Source: Podarcis muralis (Eukaryota). Taken from it: DNA of 64,000 nucleotides. Positions 11,163 through 24,800 of this stretch are shown piece after piece. Position numbers and translations under genes: made by a program. Below the pieces are notes generated by a model. That model did no database searches and was not told where the DNA came from. It worked only from the letters and a program-made list of their open reading frames with translations. The stretch is from contig NC_135665.1 of the NCBI RefSeq assembly GCF_964188315.1, positions 66,836,001 through 66,900,000 of the forward strand. Reading direction: 5' to 3'. The stretch's first letter is position 1. Each line of letters begins with the position of its first letter.

Positions 11163-11364
11163 AAGGCTGGATGAGGCCCACAGTGTGCGTACCTGTCTGG
11201 GCAGTGGTGGGGTTGATGGTGCTACACTGAGGGAGGGGGGCTTCAGAGAGGGGGCTGCATCTTCTGAGAAATAGGGCTGGGTTGGCTGCTGGTTGCTTCA
11301 GGGGCTCCTCCTGTTCAGATTGTGTTTCTGGGGGCGGCAAGATGTCCTTTGGTGTCCTTCCAGT

Positions 11365-11860
11365 CTGATGAGAAACGGTTGAGGGGGCTGGTTTTGTTTA
11401 GCCTGGAAAAGAGGAGACTGAGAGGAGATAGGAGAGCCATCCTCAAATATCCCAAAAGGGAGCAAGCTTGTTTTCTCCTGCTCTGGAGGGTAAGCTTCAA
11501 ACCAATGGCTTCAAGTTACAAGAAAGGAGATTCCAGCTAAACCTCAGGAGGAACTTTCTGGTGTCTCCCTCTGCAGCAGTGTTTCCCAACCTTTGGCCTC
11601 CAGCTATTTTGGACTACAACTCCCATCTTCCATGGCCACTGGTCTTGCTAGCTAGGGATGATGGGAGTTGTAGTCCAAAAGCAGCTTGAGACCCAAAGTT
11701 GGGAAACGCTGCTCTGGAGGATGTGGATTCCCCTTCCTTGGGGGTTTTTAAGCACAGCTTGGATGGGCACCTGCCATGGATGCTTTAGTTGAAATTCCTT
11801 CATTGCAGAGGGTTGGGCTAGATGCCTCTCAGGGTCCCTTCCAACTCTACAGTTCTATTA
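11365..11860 (+). mobile_element. CR1 LINE 3' fragment, interrupted by a hAT MITE
   Basis: Starts with CR1-like tttagcctggaaaagaggagactgaggagat and ends with the gggtcccttccaactctacagttcta 3' motif. Confidence 0.8.
11577..11711. mobile_element. hAT-type palindromic MITE
   Basis: Terminal inverted repeats CAGTGTTTCCCAAC / GTTGGGAAACGCTG; 8-bp flanks ctctgcag / ctctggag (7 of 8 match, a TSD). Confidence 0.85.
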
Positions 11861-13159
11861 AATGAATAAATACTTTTGGGTAATTGGACCTCAGTTAATC
11901 CAGGGTTTTCAACACTAGTACTAATTGGGCCCTAAAATGCCTCCTGTTTCGTTGTATACTCTGGGACAATTTTTCAATGTGAAGAGCACCCAAATATAGA
12001 AAGAAACACAGTGTCTTTGATAAACTATACAGGTAAGGCCACGTGAACCTCCTCCTCCAACCGTCCTCAAACCTTTCCTTTATGGAAAAAGTTAATATAG
12101 CTCCAAATAACTGCCATGAAGATGCATCCTGAGAGCATTAAGCCTGAGCTCTTTGACTGCCTCTCCCTTTGCTGGGACCTGGGGCTTATCCTGCTTCTGA
12201 CATCATGGTTTGTTTGAGTTTTATACCACCCTTCACTGACGCCCTAAGGATACACCTGCATTCAACCTCAGCCATATCCACAGAAACCCCCGTGGCCAGT
12301 CAACCTCTGCAACTAGCTTCCCATCAGCCTGACACTCCAGCAATGTCAGCCATTAAAGAAAACAGAAATAAATAGAAGAAAAGAGGGGCACTGCTAGTGA
12401 AGGGGTCTTCACCTGATCCATCTCTGTCCTGCTGATCGTTATCCATTCTTGCTTCAACTTGGGAATCAGGAAGTCTGGCCTTTAAATCCATGCCCAGAAC
12501 AGGACTGTGGTGCCTTCACATCAAGCCAGTGTGAAGAGAGCAATCCTGGTGGTGCCAGGCTGAGTCCAGTGCCAGGAGGGCCCTTGCCAGCCCCTGCCAG
12601 CTGGTGCGAAGGGAGGCTGATCCTGCTTGGCTGACTCCTTGTTTCTCCTTCCCATGTCAAGTGGTGAGAAGGACAAAACAGTAACCTAAGTGGAGCCTGG
12701 CTGCTGGATCAGGCCAAGGGCCAGAGTGTTCTGCATCCTGTTCTCACATTATGGGAAACCTGCAAGCAGAACAGGCAGAAAGCCGAAAAGTCCTGCTTGC
12801 AGCTGCCTTTCAGCCACCACACCAGGAACCTCAGCCGAGGGATCTTGACAGGTGGCAAGGACATCTCACCTGTCAATCAGGTGACAGCATGAGGTCATGT
12901 GATTCACAGTCAGCCAGCTTCACCCACCTGCCAGCTTTAGCAAAGGCTGGTCTTGACAAGGAGCCAAAAATGTCCCCTGGCCCTGCTTTACAGAACTGGC
13001 CTGATGGGCCCCTCCCCCCTTCCTGCGGCTCAGCCTCAGGGCCATGCCAGCAGGCGGCTACCCCCTAGGCTACAGGGACGTCTCTTGCCACAGGCCCTCC
13101 CTCCCCCCTGCTAGAAAGGTGCCCACCACCCACTGCCATTGGGCCTGGCACTGCAGCCG

Positions 13160-13323
13160 AGTCCAGAAGCCACTGGGTCTTTGAGCTCCACACTTTCTCC
13201 AGAGACAGTGGCTCTCCGGGGCTCAGGCCGGGACTCTTTCCCAACTCTGCCTTGAAATGCTGGGGGTTCACCTGGAGAACTACTACCTGCAAAGCAGGTG
13301 CTCTACCACTGAGCTACAGCCCT
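13160..13323 (-). mobile_element. tRNA-derived SINE (Squam3-like)
   Basis: The minus strand starts gggctgtagctcagtggtagagcacctgctttgca (tRNA A box) and has a decayed body. It is not a foldable tRNA gene. Confidence 0.7.
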
Positions 13324-14469
13324 TCTCCCACCCCAGCTGGTTTATTGGCCATGGCAATTCAGTCACCAAACTTGTCTCTTGGGCTTCTGATTTCTCTTGA
13401 ACGACTGACATGGCAGCGCCAGTCTGGCAAAGTAGTCTTGATCCATTCCCCCATGGCATCCTGACATTTCCCTTCCTGTATAGTCCTAGAATTGAGGAGT
13501 TGGAAGGACCCAAAGAGTCATCTAGTCCAACCCTCTGCAACCCGCAGTTTCCAGGGAGGCCTCCTTTCTTGTATGTGCACAGCATGGTTGAGGTGTGCTG
13601 TGCTGCCCAAGGCCCTTTTGCCCATCCCTGCCTTGTGTCTTCATGCCCGGATCCAGGGCCACACTTCATTTCCCAGCCGAAGGACACCCCACAGCTAAGT
13701 GGGCATCAGAAGCAGCAGGGCTTGAGCCTCTGGGGGCAGAAGCAGGCCAGGCTGGCTCTGAGGCCTCCCTTCCCCTCTCCCTGAAGCCCTGCTCTTTCAG
13801 GCGGGGTGGGGAGGGGGCTCCCCAGGAAGAGGGTGGGCTGTCCTTCACATCAGGGATGCTTGAGCTTTGGTTCCTGCACTGCAGGGGGTTGGAATGGATG
13901 ACCTCAGGGGTCCCTTCCAAGCCAGCACATCTGTGACTCTCTTTTAAAAAGTGGGCAGAGATGGGAGCATGTGCTTCAAACCTTTTTGTAATGCAAAAAA
14001 GAACTGACACAACAAAGGCCTGGTTCCATTGTGGGTTCTTGTAAAAAGGGGGTGGGTGGCAAGAGGGTCTCAGTTCACAACAAATGCTCTGTGTGCGGCC
14101 TTTGCGACCCAGCAGCTGCCGCAGCGAAGTCCACACCCAGCCAGGCTTCCATCCCATCCAGGCAGACCGGAGTGCTGGTGGGCAAGGAGACCACAGGAAA
14201 GGAACAGAAACGGGAAACAAAATATACCGCATCACATACAAAGGGGAAGAGGAAGAGGAGACCAAAGGAAAATGCGGAAACGCTACGTTTCTCTTCCATC
14301 TCCTCCCCGTACATATTCCTCCTGGTTGTAACATTCCCAGTAAAACCCGGTAAAAACGTTTTCGGGATGAAAAAAGAAAGGTGCCTCAATCAACGGAGAT
14401 GAAGCGTGAATCAGATTGTGAGTGTGAGAGGAAGAGAGGGGGCTGCTCCTGTTGCTCTTGCAGCTGAAC

Positions 14470-14485
14470 TACCCCAGGGGGCGCT
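14470..14485 (+). promoter_or_regulatory. CTCF-like motif
   Basis: accccagggggcgct versus consensus CCACCAGGGGGCGC (12 of 14), in a locally CpG-rich patch. Confidence 0.4.
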
Positions 14486-15332
14486 TCTTGTGCGCAGCAG
14501 AATCTTTAGCGCCTGCCTCCTCCTGACGCCTGTCTCTGCGCCGCTCACTTGTGTGTCGGCCGGAGAACGTCTCCCAGGCTGGGCATCCCTTCACCAGCCA
14601 AGATGCCCACCTGGCACTGCCCTGCAATGGCTCAGAGCAGCAGGCCCAAGTTGCCTCCCTAGCAAGGTGGGAATGGAGAGATGGGTTTCATCCGGCGCTC
14701 AGTCCCAGTCTTCCTCCCATTCAGAACCAACCAGAGCGAAGACAGTTGTTGCCATATTCAGGATGGACAGCAGGAAGGGCTCCTTCTCCAAGGCTAGACA
14801 TCGCTCCCACTAGACGCAGTGTCAGCAAGCCACCTGTGGGGGGCCCTCTGTGGCCACAAGACATGCTGGCTGTGGGCTCCCCGTGGAAGGAGAGGCACCT
14901 GGACTCCTGAGAGCAGCCACAGGGAGGGTCTCTCACCCCAGGGACGTCCTGCACAAGGCCCTTGGGTAGCCACAAGGGGCAACAGGAGGCAGGGCTCAAG
15001 AAGCCTTGGGCCTGACCCAGCAGAGCAGAGCCCCCTCTGGTGGGCCAGATCCAGCCGCCGCTGCCCAGGACTGTGGGAAAAGGGAGAGGGGGCTTGCCGC
15101 TGCTTCACCCAGGAGCCCTTGCCCTTGCCGAGGTCCCTGTGCTGGTGTCCGAGGCGCCTTCCTGCATGCTTCTGCTCAGTCAAGGGGGCAAGTGCCAGGG
15201 CCAAGGCTGTGGGGACACCGTGGGGCTGGGTGCCTGGGTGCCTCCTCCTTGTGGGGTGGGGGCTGGGAGGTGTTCAGACGTGGCAGAGGGAGTCGTGAGA
15301 GGCAGGGGGAGAGACACTGCCAGGGCTTCCTT

Positions 15333-15402
15333 CTAGGCTGCATTCTCCTCCGTGGTGGCTGCTGTGTAGATGATGCTGGACTTGATGGGCTGAGAATCCT
15401 GT
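15333..15402 (-). CDS. CA9: CA9 last exon, coding part ([23 protein letters not shown])
   Basis: cctgcag acceptor; in-frame TAG; cytoplasmic tail with a conserved Tyr. Confidence 0.88.
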
Positions 15403-16267
15403 CTGCAGGGGGGGGGGAATGGGAGGCAAATAGAGGCACATTTAGGGCAGAGTTCTTCCCCCTCTCCCCAGCAGCCAGGTCTCCACTGGACCCCTTTGTG
15501 CCTCAGACTGCCCTTCCATTGGGGCAGGTCACAGACAGAAGCGGGAAAGGGGAGCAGCTCTTGGGACCCTCCCTGAGAAGCGGGAGAGGGGAGAGAGGCC
15601 GAGAAAGGGCTCCCCCCCAGCCAGGTGGGCTCTTGTGGCACCCCTCCCAGAAGCCCCAGATCCAGGAGCTGCCCTGAAGGAGCCTCTGCTGGGCTTTGCG
15701 CCTTCAGCCCCAGGGGCTTGCGATGCCCCTCCCCTCTTACCTGCGGTTCTGGGCCTGGTGCTTCCGGACATAGAGGAAGAAGGCGAGAGCAGTGATGCCA
15801 AAGAGAGCTGCAAAGATGGCGGCCAACACGTCCCCTGTGGAAAGAGAACAACCTGTTGGTTCTGTCCTGGGGAAGGCAGCCAAGGGAGGCCTTGAGGGGA
15901 GTGAGGGAGGTCATGCCCTGTCTGGCTGGAGAAACTGGGCTGGTGGGGGGGAGCCCTTCTGAGGCACCTTCCAGGCTTGCATGAGGGGAGCTGTGACCCG
16001 CACATAAAGGGTGGCAGTGTGAACCACAAAGCCTGCAGGGAAACTGGTGGAGAAGAGCTCTTGCCCCAGAGCCCCCAGCAAGAAGGCAGTCAGGTCACAA
16101 GCTATAGTGGAGCAAGGGGTGGGGCACATACCTGTCTGAAGGGAGGAGCCCACCTGCTGGTCAGCACCTGGAAGCAAAGCAGAAAAGTGAGAGTCAGACG
16201 CCAGGGAGGGGCAGCTGGGGGGCTCCTCTCCCGAGCTACTAACCAGTGATCAATGCCTCAGGTTGCG

Positions 16268-16305
<38 letters not shown>

Positions 16306-16658
16306 AGATGGAGGAGGGGAGACACAAGCCCCTAGTTCTGCTCTTACCTGAACTTGTGGCTGGACTCTGACCTAAAACACACAAGATAGTGAATTGTAGG
16401 AGGAGCTGTGGTTGTTTTCTTTTATATTTATTAGGCGCTTTGCTCACAAAAGTGTCTCAAAAAAGCTTACGGCAGAGTCTAGACACCAAAGCCAACAAGA
16501 ACAAGCCTGCAGAACAGTAAAAACCCCAAAAGCGCCAGTGAAAGGCGTCACCTGCCACACGAAATGGCATAACAGCACTTTTAAAACCCTTAAGTTTCAG
16601 AGCCAAATGCCCAGGTAAAAAGGGAGGGAGGAGCCTGGTGCCAAAAAATAGGTAGAGC

Positions 16659-16694
<36 letters not shown>

Positions 16695-19600
16695 CGGGGG
16701 GAGAGAGAAGACGTGAATTCCTCCCCTCCCAATTTTCACATGTGCCCACCATGGAAGATTTCCCAGAAGCAACCACACAAAAGCCACAGCAACTGTGTAG
16801 CCACAGAGGGAGCTTCACAAGGACCCCACTCCCCCCCAAAAAAACTCTGGGTGGTGCTGAGGCAGTGGCAGAACTTTTGAGGGGTTCATTCACATCTTCT
16901 TTGGCAGGAAGAGGAATGGTTTGACTGTTCCCCAAAGAATAGGAGCAAGAGAAAGAAGGGAGGCAGCAGGGGAGGGGGTTATGTAACACGCCACCCTGTT
17001 CCACATCAGGCCCACAGCCTATAGGTTGCAGCTCAGCCCAGATTTTAGCTCCCTGGGCGCCACAGCCAAAGGAGAGCCCAGACAAGCATCAGGGAGGTGG
17101 CGACAGTGGCCAACCCGGCATGAAGAGCAGGGATTTGGAGAGGGAGCAGAGAAGGAAAGGAGCCTGCTGAGAGAGGAAGGGGCAGCACAGGCACCAGCCA
17201 GAGAGCCATACCTTCTCCAGAGGCTGGTTCAGGGTCTCTCCCTGAGGCACCATCTGGGGTGTGGGGCTGCCCTCCGCCTGCAAGGAGACCAAGAGCGTCA
17301 GACCTGCCCCTCCAGGGGAAGCCCCCAGGCCTGCCCTTCCTCACCCACAGCTGCTTCTGCCCTCAGAAGAGGCAGCCCAAGGGGAAATGCCTGCTGAGCC
17401 TGCCAACTGGAGTATCAAGGCGGGGGAATGTCTCCCCCTCTGGCCTCCACCCCAGGGGAAGCCCAGAAGCAGAGCTGCCAGCCAGACCTCCCCGCCAGGC
17501 CCCCCCCCCAAGGCCTTACCTGCTGCAGATCCTGCACTGTCGCCCCCACCTTCCTCTGCAGGACCATAAGGATCCGGGGCCCTTGGAGATCCCCCCTCAC
17601 CTGCAGGATTGAGCACAAGGAGCTGGTCAGTGTTGTTTTGCGCTTTTGGTCCATGTGCTCACTCAAGCCCCATAGCGAGACCTCTTGGGCCAGGGGAGCC
17701 CAGGTTCAATCTCGATTGGTTGGTGGCATTTACAGAAAGGGCTGGCAGAGAGTCATTCCTGAAACCTGGAGAGCCACTGCTGCTCTCGGAGCATGGGTGT
17801 CCAGGGGTCTGACCCCGTGACCCTCTGCTTCCTATGTCCCTGGGGCAACCACCTCATCCCAGGGAATCTGCAGCCCTGTGGCCCAACTTCACAGCCTCCG
17901 AGAGGAGTGCAAGGGAGTTGCCACAGCTGCGCCTCCAGGGAGCGTGGCTGGATTTGTCATTTGGTGGGGAAAGTAGGGGAGGCGCTGCTCTCCCTGAGCA
18001 GAACTTGCAACAGCAACGCACATCCCATGACAGACACTTTGGTTTCCCCATAATGGTCTGAATCATAGATGCATAGAATTGTAGAGTTGGACGGGACCAC
18101 GAGGGTCATCTAGTCCAACCCCTCTGCAAGGCAGGAATCAAAGAACTTGCAAGTTTGATTTTACTAGCGCCAGGCTCTCACCAACTGAGCTAACCATCAG
18201 CCAACCATTCAGGTTGCCTGAAACTGCCCCCCATAGGTGCCAAGTGTGGAATTTGCTGCCAAGGAGTGTGGTGGAGTCTCCTTCTTTGGAGGTCTTTAAG
18301 CAGAGGCTTGACAACCATATGTCAGGAGTGCTCTGATGGTGTTTCCTGCTTGGCAGGGGGTTGGACTCGATGGCCCTTGTGGTCTATTCCAACTCTAGGA
18401 TTCTATGATTCTAAGTGCCATGCATATCAATGGTTGTCTTTGGAAGGGGGCCATTGTTCTGCACAGCTCTCCTGGGATTGGCGGCTCTGGATGGGCAGGA
18501 AGGCAAAGGAATGGTCCTGGGCTTTGCTCAGCTCCATCAAAGGTTTCCTGCCCAAGCTTGGTGCTGCTGTCTAATATTAAGAGCCCTTTCACCTGTTCAG
18601 TGGCAGGAAGGTCCTCCCTGGCACCGAAGATTCAGGCTCCGTCTGGTATCTCCCCAGCAAAGCCACAGATGCCCTCAAGTGACGTCCATGCCAGGTGGAG
18701 ACGGTGGAGCCCAAAACTCTCCTGTGGCTGCTGAGCAACTGCCTGGCAAACAATCCTATCACTTCCTCCAAAGGACTCCACCTGCCCCCCCCCGGCCAGG
18801 CCCAGCCGTCAGGTGAGGCACACCTTGGCTTGGGAGGGGGAACCTTCCTGTGACGCAGCAGCCCATTCAGGGAAACCAGGAAGGAGGGCAAGTGGCGGCC
18901 CTGGGAGGGAGGCCAGATCAACAGCCTTGCCTGATAACAAGATTGTCCCACGGCCCGAGGAATCAGGGTCAGACTGTGTGTGTTTTTGTGGGTGGGACGG
19001 AGGAGGCTAGGAAGTAGCCAAGGACCAAGGAAGGGAGAAGAGAGGAGAAGAAAGGGCTGTGTCTGTCCCAGAGTCATGGACCTCAGTACACAAGAGACAA
19101 GGCTGCTCAAGATCACCTTGAATGGAAGGACTGATCCTCTGATCCAGAACGAGACCAAGGCAGAAATCAGTGGGCGAGAGGAGCTGCTCAAAACTCTGAG
19201 AATCATAGAACGGTAGAGTTGAAAGGAACCCCAAGGGTCAATTAGTCCAACCCCCTGCAATACAGCTGCTTCCGGTACAGGGAAGACAAAGTAGCAGAAC
19301 AAGGAGGAGAAGGAAAGAGGTCAGGGCAGGGAGCTACTAGAAACAAAGACTAAAGGAGAGATATAAATACTGGTGAGCATCAGGGGATGAAACATCCAGA
19401 GAGAGAAGTGGCCGGACTCTGTGGTGGCAGAGGTGTTTCTGGGGAGGCTCTCCACCTGCCCTGGTCCCTGGCCCTCCTTCAGAGGGGATGGAGAACCAGT
19501 GGCCATCCAGATGTTGCTGGACTCCAGCCCATAAATCATGAGAGTTGCGCCCCAAGACCATCTAGGGAGCCACAGGCTGCCTTGTTGCTGTTCTACAGAG

Positions 19601-21771
19601 TTGGAGGTGTGACCGTCCTGAGGCAGAACTCTCAGCTAAGCCCAGCAACAGGCTCCCTTACCAGGTGGTTGAGCCCCTTCTGGGCTGTGGAGCATCGGGA
19701 AGCTGGCCAGGACACTCCGGCCCTGCAGACTCTGAGGCAAGCGGAAGTTGTCCTGGATCAGCTCGTCCTCATCTCCATGAAGGGTGTCCTCCAGCAGAGA
19801 GATCTGAAATGAGAAGGCACAGGTCATCGAGATGGAACATCGGACAGAAAACAACACTCCCAAGGATCCAAAGACAGACCTACTGTAGAGGGGAGTCCAG
19901 CAAATCACAGAATCATAGAATTGTAGGGTTGGAAGCACTCCCCAGGGTCATCTAGTTCAACGTCCTGCAATGCAGGAATCACAGCTGGATCACCAGACCA
20001 CACACTGTGATAGAGAAGCAAGGCAACATGCAGGGAACCGTCTTCCTACAAGACAACCCCTCTGCATGTTCCTCCACCCAGACAGACCTGATCTGGGGAC
20101 AGCTGAATTGTCTGGTTAAAGATCGTCCAGTTCACCGTCTGGTAACAAGGTGGAGTGGTCAGTGAGCCATTATAGCGGAAGTAGCGACTGAGGTCGTCAG
20201 GAAGGAGCATGGCTACATCAAAGGCAGGAATCCAGGTTTCTTCTCCTGGGAAAGGAAAGGAGGGGAGGGTGGTCTATAGCAAAGGGACCCAGAACATCCG
20301 CTTTGTTAGACGGCCCCAGAGAGTTCCAGTAACAAGTCTGTGTGTGAGAAAACACAATGCACAATCTAACACACCTCATGGGCCTTTTTCCTAAATGGAC
20401 AAACCCTAAACATTGTGGCCTCTCCTCCTTGGGGAGTTGCTCCAGCCCCAAAATATCTCAGGTCCCAAAACATCACGAGGTGCGCCCCCCCAAAAAAGTG
20501 CAAATGCAAAGCAGAACCCCTGCCCAAAGGGGCTGGAGCCCAGGGAGAGGCAGCCCTGACTCCCCATGGCCCAGCACCCACTCTGCACCCATAGAGTCTT
20601 GCAGGAATCTTGATTTCCCTAGACAAGGCAAAGCAAAAGCAGCCCAGCAAGAGCTGACAGGCTGGATGAGCATCTTCTGCCCATGGGCTCCTTGCAGCAC
20701 CCCTTGCTCTTACCTTCCTCATGGACATCATTCAGATGGTCAAGGATGTGCTGATATGGCTCGTTTTCCTCCGACCCAACCTGGAATGGCAGTGGAAAGG
20801 GCTCTTGAGAGCTCTGAGTGGGGCCGTTTGCACCTCTCATGAGCTGGTGCAGGTGGATGTCTCCAACGCAGCCCCCTCCCACTGCCCCAGAGCGCAGGAG
20901 GAGCTGCTCAGACCCCTTGCCCCCTCTTTCTGCCCCCGTCACCTGCAGAAATGCAGCCAGCACAGCCAAGCCTCCGGGCTCGACTTGCGCCTCCTGGATG
21001 GTCTCAAAGTGGGAGCTGTAATAAACCACATGAATCTGGAAGCAGAAAGAGAGAAGAGCCATGAGTCCCTCAAAAGTCCCATCTGGACCTTCTCCAGCAG
21101 CTCAAGAAGTCAGGCAGTGTTTCACTTCATACAGTATGTTTATAGAATGGCATTATGATATTGGTAGCTTTATTTTCCTATATTCCTCCAGGGATGGCCA
21201 TCCTACTTTCAGGATTTCTTCCTGAGGTTCAGAGGCATCTAGCTGGCAGCTTTGGGGCAAAGAATGCCGGATTCAATGGACCATTAGCTGAATTCAGCAA
21301 GTTTTCAGCTGGAAAGTCTATGCAAAATCATCTATGGCTCTGACCGGGTGGAATGCTCAGTCCCAGGAGACTAGGGCCCTGCAGGATTTAACCTTCTTCC
21401 ATCGGGCCTGTAAGACAGAGCTATTCCACCTGGCCTTTAATTTGAATTCAGCCTGATCTTTTATTTCCCTTCTCTTCCCTCCCCCCCCTTTTCTGAAGAT
21501 TACCCACTTTGGGACCCCACAGCTAATTCTCCCCTGGCCACCTCACTGGCCCAAGTAGAACTAATTCAGCCAGCTAGCCCTGGTGACTATCTAATGCTTA
21601 TTGGATGGATTTCCCCCAAATTGATTTTTGAACTTTGAATTTTATTGTTATTCATGTTTTTATACTGTTATTTTATGATGCTTCTATGTTGTATTACAAT
21701 TAAGTGTTTTAAATTTGTTGTTAGCTGCCCTGAGCCCGGTTTCTGAACCAGGAAGGGCGGGGTATAAATAA

Positions 21772-21805
<34 letters not shown>

Positions 21806-24800
21806 TACCTATAAACCCAAAAGGTGAAATCAATGGCTGCTATTTTAAAAAAATAAATACCTGTGCTTACCTGATATTATTATTTGTACTGTCATCATGG
21901 TCATTATTATATGACATCATACACTATTTTTATACTCTTCGATTGCGATACTGCCCTCATTGTTATGGATTAGACTGGACTGGTGAGCTTCCCTCCAAGG
22001 CATTTTTTTTGGGGGGGCTGTAAATATCATAAATCCAGCTGTGCTGCCCCCTCCACCGCCAAACTTTGGGCCCCCAGATCAGCCAAGGGCCTGGGGGGGT
22101 CACCAGCACCCCCTCCTGTCAGGTCTGTGGATCAGGAGGACTGGGGATTCTTATTCGACCTACTCACAAGCCACCTGTCTGCAGGAGACCCTCTCAAAGC
22201 AGCCAAGCAAGAGGCCAGAAGCAGGCGGGAGCCGCGCAAGACTTACCTCCCCAGCATAGCGGTGCCCATCCACTGTGTGCTCAGAGCCGGGCTTCAGGGC
22301 AGACCCCCAGTGCAAGTGCAGCTGGGCAGCCTGGTACGGCTGCGAGAATCCCCCGCCGGTGAGGGTCAAATTCCTGGGCAGGTCGAGGACCACTGCGGGG
22401 GGGGGGGGGGAGTAAAGTGGAGAGACACTCAGGATGAGAGGCTGCTGCTTCCTTCTCCTTCTCTGCATGCTGGAGACAGAGCTTCCCTCCTTGGCATCCT
22501 TTGCACCAAGGGCACCGCTCAGGCAAAACTCACAAGGCGCCTGAGGGCAGAGGGCTCTGGTGCTCAGCTCCTGCTTCTGGCTGGCGAAGGGGAGAGCAGG
22601 ATGCTGGAATGGATGGGTCCTATTGGGCCTGATCTAGCAGGGCTCCTCTTATGCTCTGAAGTGCCTGCTGGGCACCTCATCCACTTCGTCTTCTCACCAA
22701 AGGGAAGCCTAGAAACAAGCAGGACCTGAGGGCAAGTTCAGCCACTCTCTCCCCAGCCATTGGCATTCAGAGGCACTGACTCCTCTGGCAGCGCAGGCAG
22801 AGCACAGTCCTCATGTCTAGTGGACATCAGTAGGTTTCTCTTCCATGAATCCCCCCCCCTTGGGTGGGTGGCCATTACTCTGGGCAAAAGTTGTAAGGAA
22901 AATGGGCGGGGGGGGGCACACAGTGAGTTCCGTCAGCTTTTCTGCCTTCTCTGCAGGCCGCTGCTTGCACTGCACAGGGAAGTCAGTCAGAGGAGGAGAC
23001 CCCCTTCCGACAGCCGGCACAGTTTGGGCAGAAGTGCTGGCACTCGCACGCTGAGGCATCCAGGGATAGGTGTCTGCAGGTGGCATTGCAATGGCAAATG
23101 TATTCCCAGGTGCCCCCCCCCCCGCCACTGGGTGAGGGTCTGCAGCTGGCCTAATTCCACACCCCTGACCCCACACAGACCTTTGCATCCAAGGGATGGG
23201 GTGAGATTAAAAATTCCCCATCTCATTTGGATACTTTGACTTCTTTGCCAAATTGATAGAAAGAGACACCGGTTTCTGGGGTGGGAAACTTGGCGGGAGG
23301 CCCCTTCTCCTGCCTCTTCTTGAGAGCTACAGCTGCTGCTTTTGTGGCAGAGGCAAGACCTTCCGGCAAAGACTTTCTGGGCTGCGCAGCAGAGCTCCTT
23401 GCGCTGCCTCTCTCTCCAGGAAGAGGGAGGAGCTGGAGGCTGGGTCTGTGGCAGGTGCCTCTGGGACTCAGAGAGGCCCCTGAGGACCTTAGCCTAAATG
23501 GCGGGCCTCTTTCTCTTAATTTTCAAATAAAAGCATACAAATACCAACTCACATGTCATGCAGATTTTTGTACAATTCAAGTTTATCCCACCTTAAACTG
23601 GTGGGAAAAGATAGCAGACATTCATATGAGTGATCAACCTGCCCCCCCCCCCAGTCCATGGAAGCCCAACTGAAGGGAGGAGAAGATCAAGAGGCTTCTC
23701 AGAATAGAACCAAGTGAAGGAGGGCCTGTGGGCAAAGGCACAGCTTCAGCAATGAAGGAAGGAAACTCGACTACTGGCCAAGAGCAAGAAGATGTGGGCC
23801 CTTCTCACTTGCCTGAACAATCATGGCTGCTCCTTCCTTCCTTCCTTTTTCTTTCTTTTACAGCAGGCTCTTGTCACTACAGAGCCCTGCTCAGTCTGCA
23901 GCCCACAGGAGTTTCCAGATTCGCCTCTGCTTCCTGCCTATGCAATCGCTTTGCAAGGGCACCTGTGCATTTGCTCAGCTTTGCTCAACTTTCTATTCTT
24001 TTCCACTCCTGTCACCAACAAGGTTTGCAATCTGCCTCATATTTGCATCAGTCAAACATGTTGAAGGCAAAAACTTTGCATTCCTCCATCCAAACCAAAC
24101 TGACCCAGAGTAGACTTTTTTCAGACTTTGCTGGACTCCAGTCCACTCAAAAAATAGGCAGAGAGGAAACCTGCTTTGCTGCACAGCACATTGTGAAAGG
24201 AGATCGTGAGCAGAAAGATGGCATAGCTCAGCAGTAGAGCCATCTACAGTATAGCACAGTGGTACCTCGAGTTACATATGCTTCAGGTTACAAACTCCAC
24301 TAACCTGGAAGAGTTACCTCGAGTTGAGAACTTTGCCCCAGGATGAGAACGGAAATCATGTGCCAGCTGCACAGCAGCAGCAGAAACCCCATTAGTGAAA
24401 GCACTCCTCTAGTTAAGAACAGTTTCAGGTTAAGAACAGACCTCCAGAACGAATTAATTTCGTAACTAGAGGTACCACTGCACTGTGGATCTGCCCCCCC
24501 CCCGTTATAATTCAGAGGGTCTCCCCTCAGAAGGAGCCTCTGTCTCCAGTGACTTCATGTGACGGTGGCAGTGACCCTGGTCCCATCCCTAGAGATGGCC
24601 GAGAGCAAATGCCAGGGAGAGTGGGCAGGGCTTTCTGAGCGAGATGGGCCAAGATCAGCACTTGGTCTTTCTAAGGCCAGAGCAACCTGGCAATGGAAAA
24701 CTTGCCCAATTTGTCCAGGGATCAAATTGCCTTGGCTGCCACATCTGCTGGAGAGAGTCCCAGCTCCTTATCAGTTTGTTCCCCCCACCCCACCCCCTGC

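Noticed and set aside
16740-16905. Possible additional CA9 stalk exon ([17 protein letters not shown])
   Set aside because: An acceptor-like site exists but there is no credible donor. The 81-nt and 24-nt exons already join in frame.
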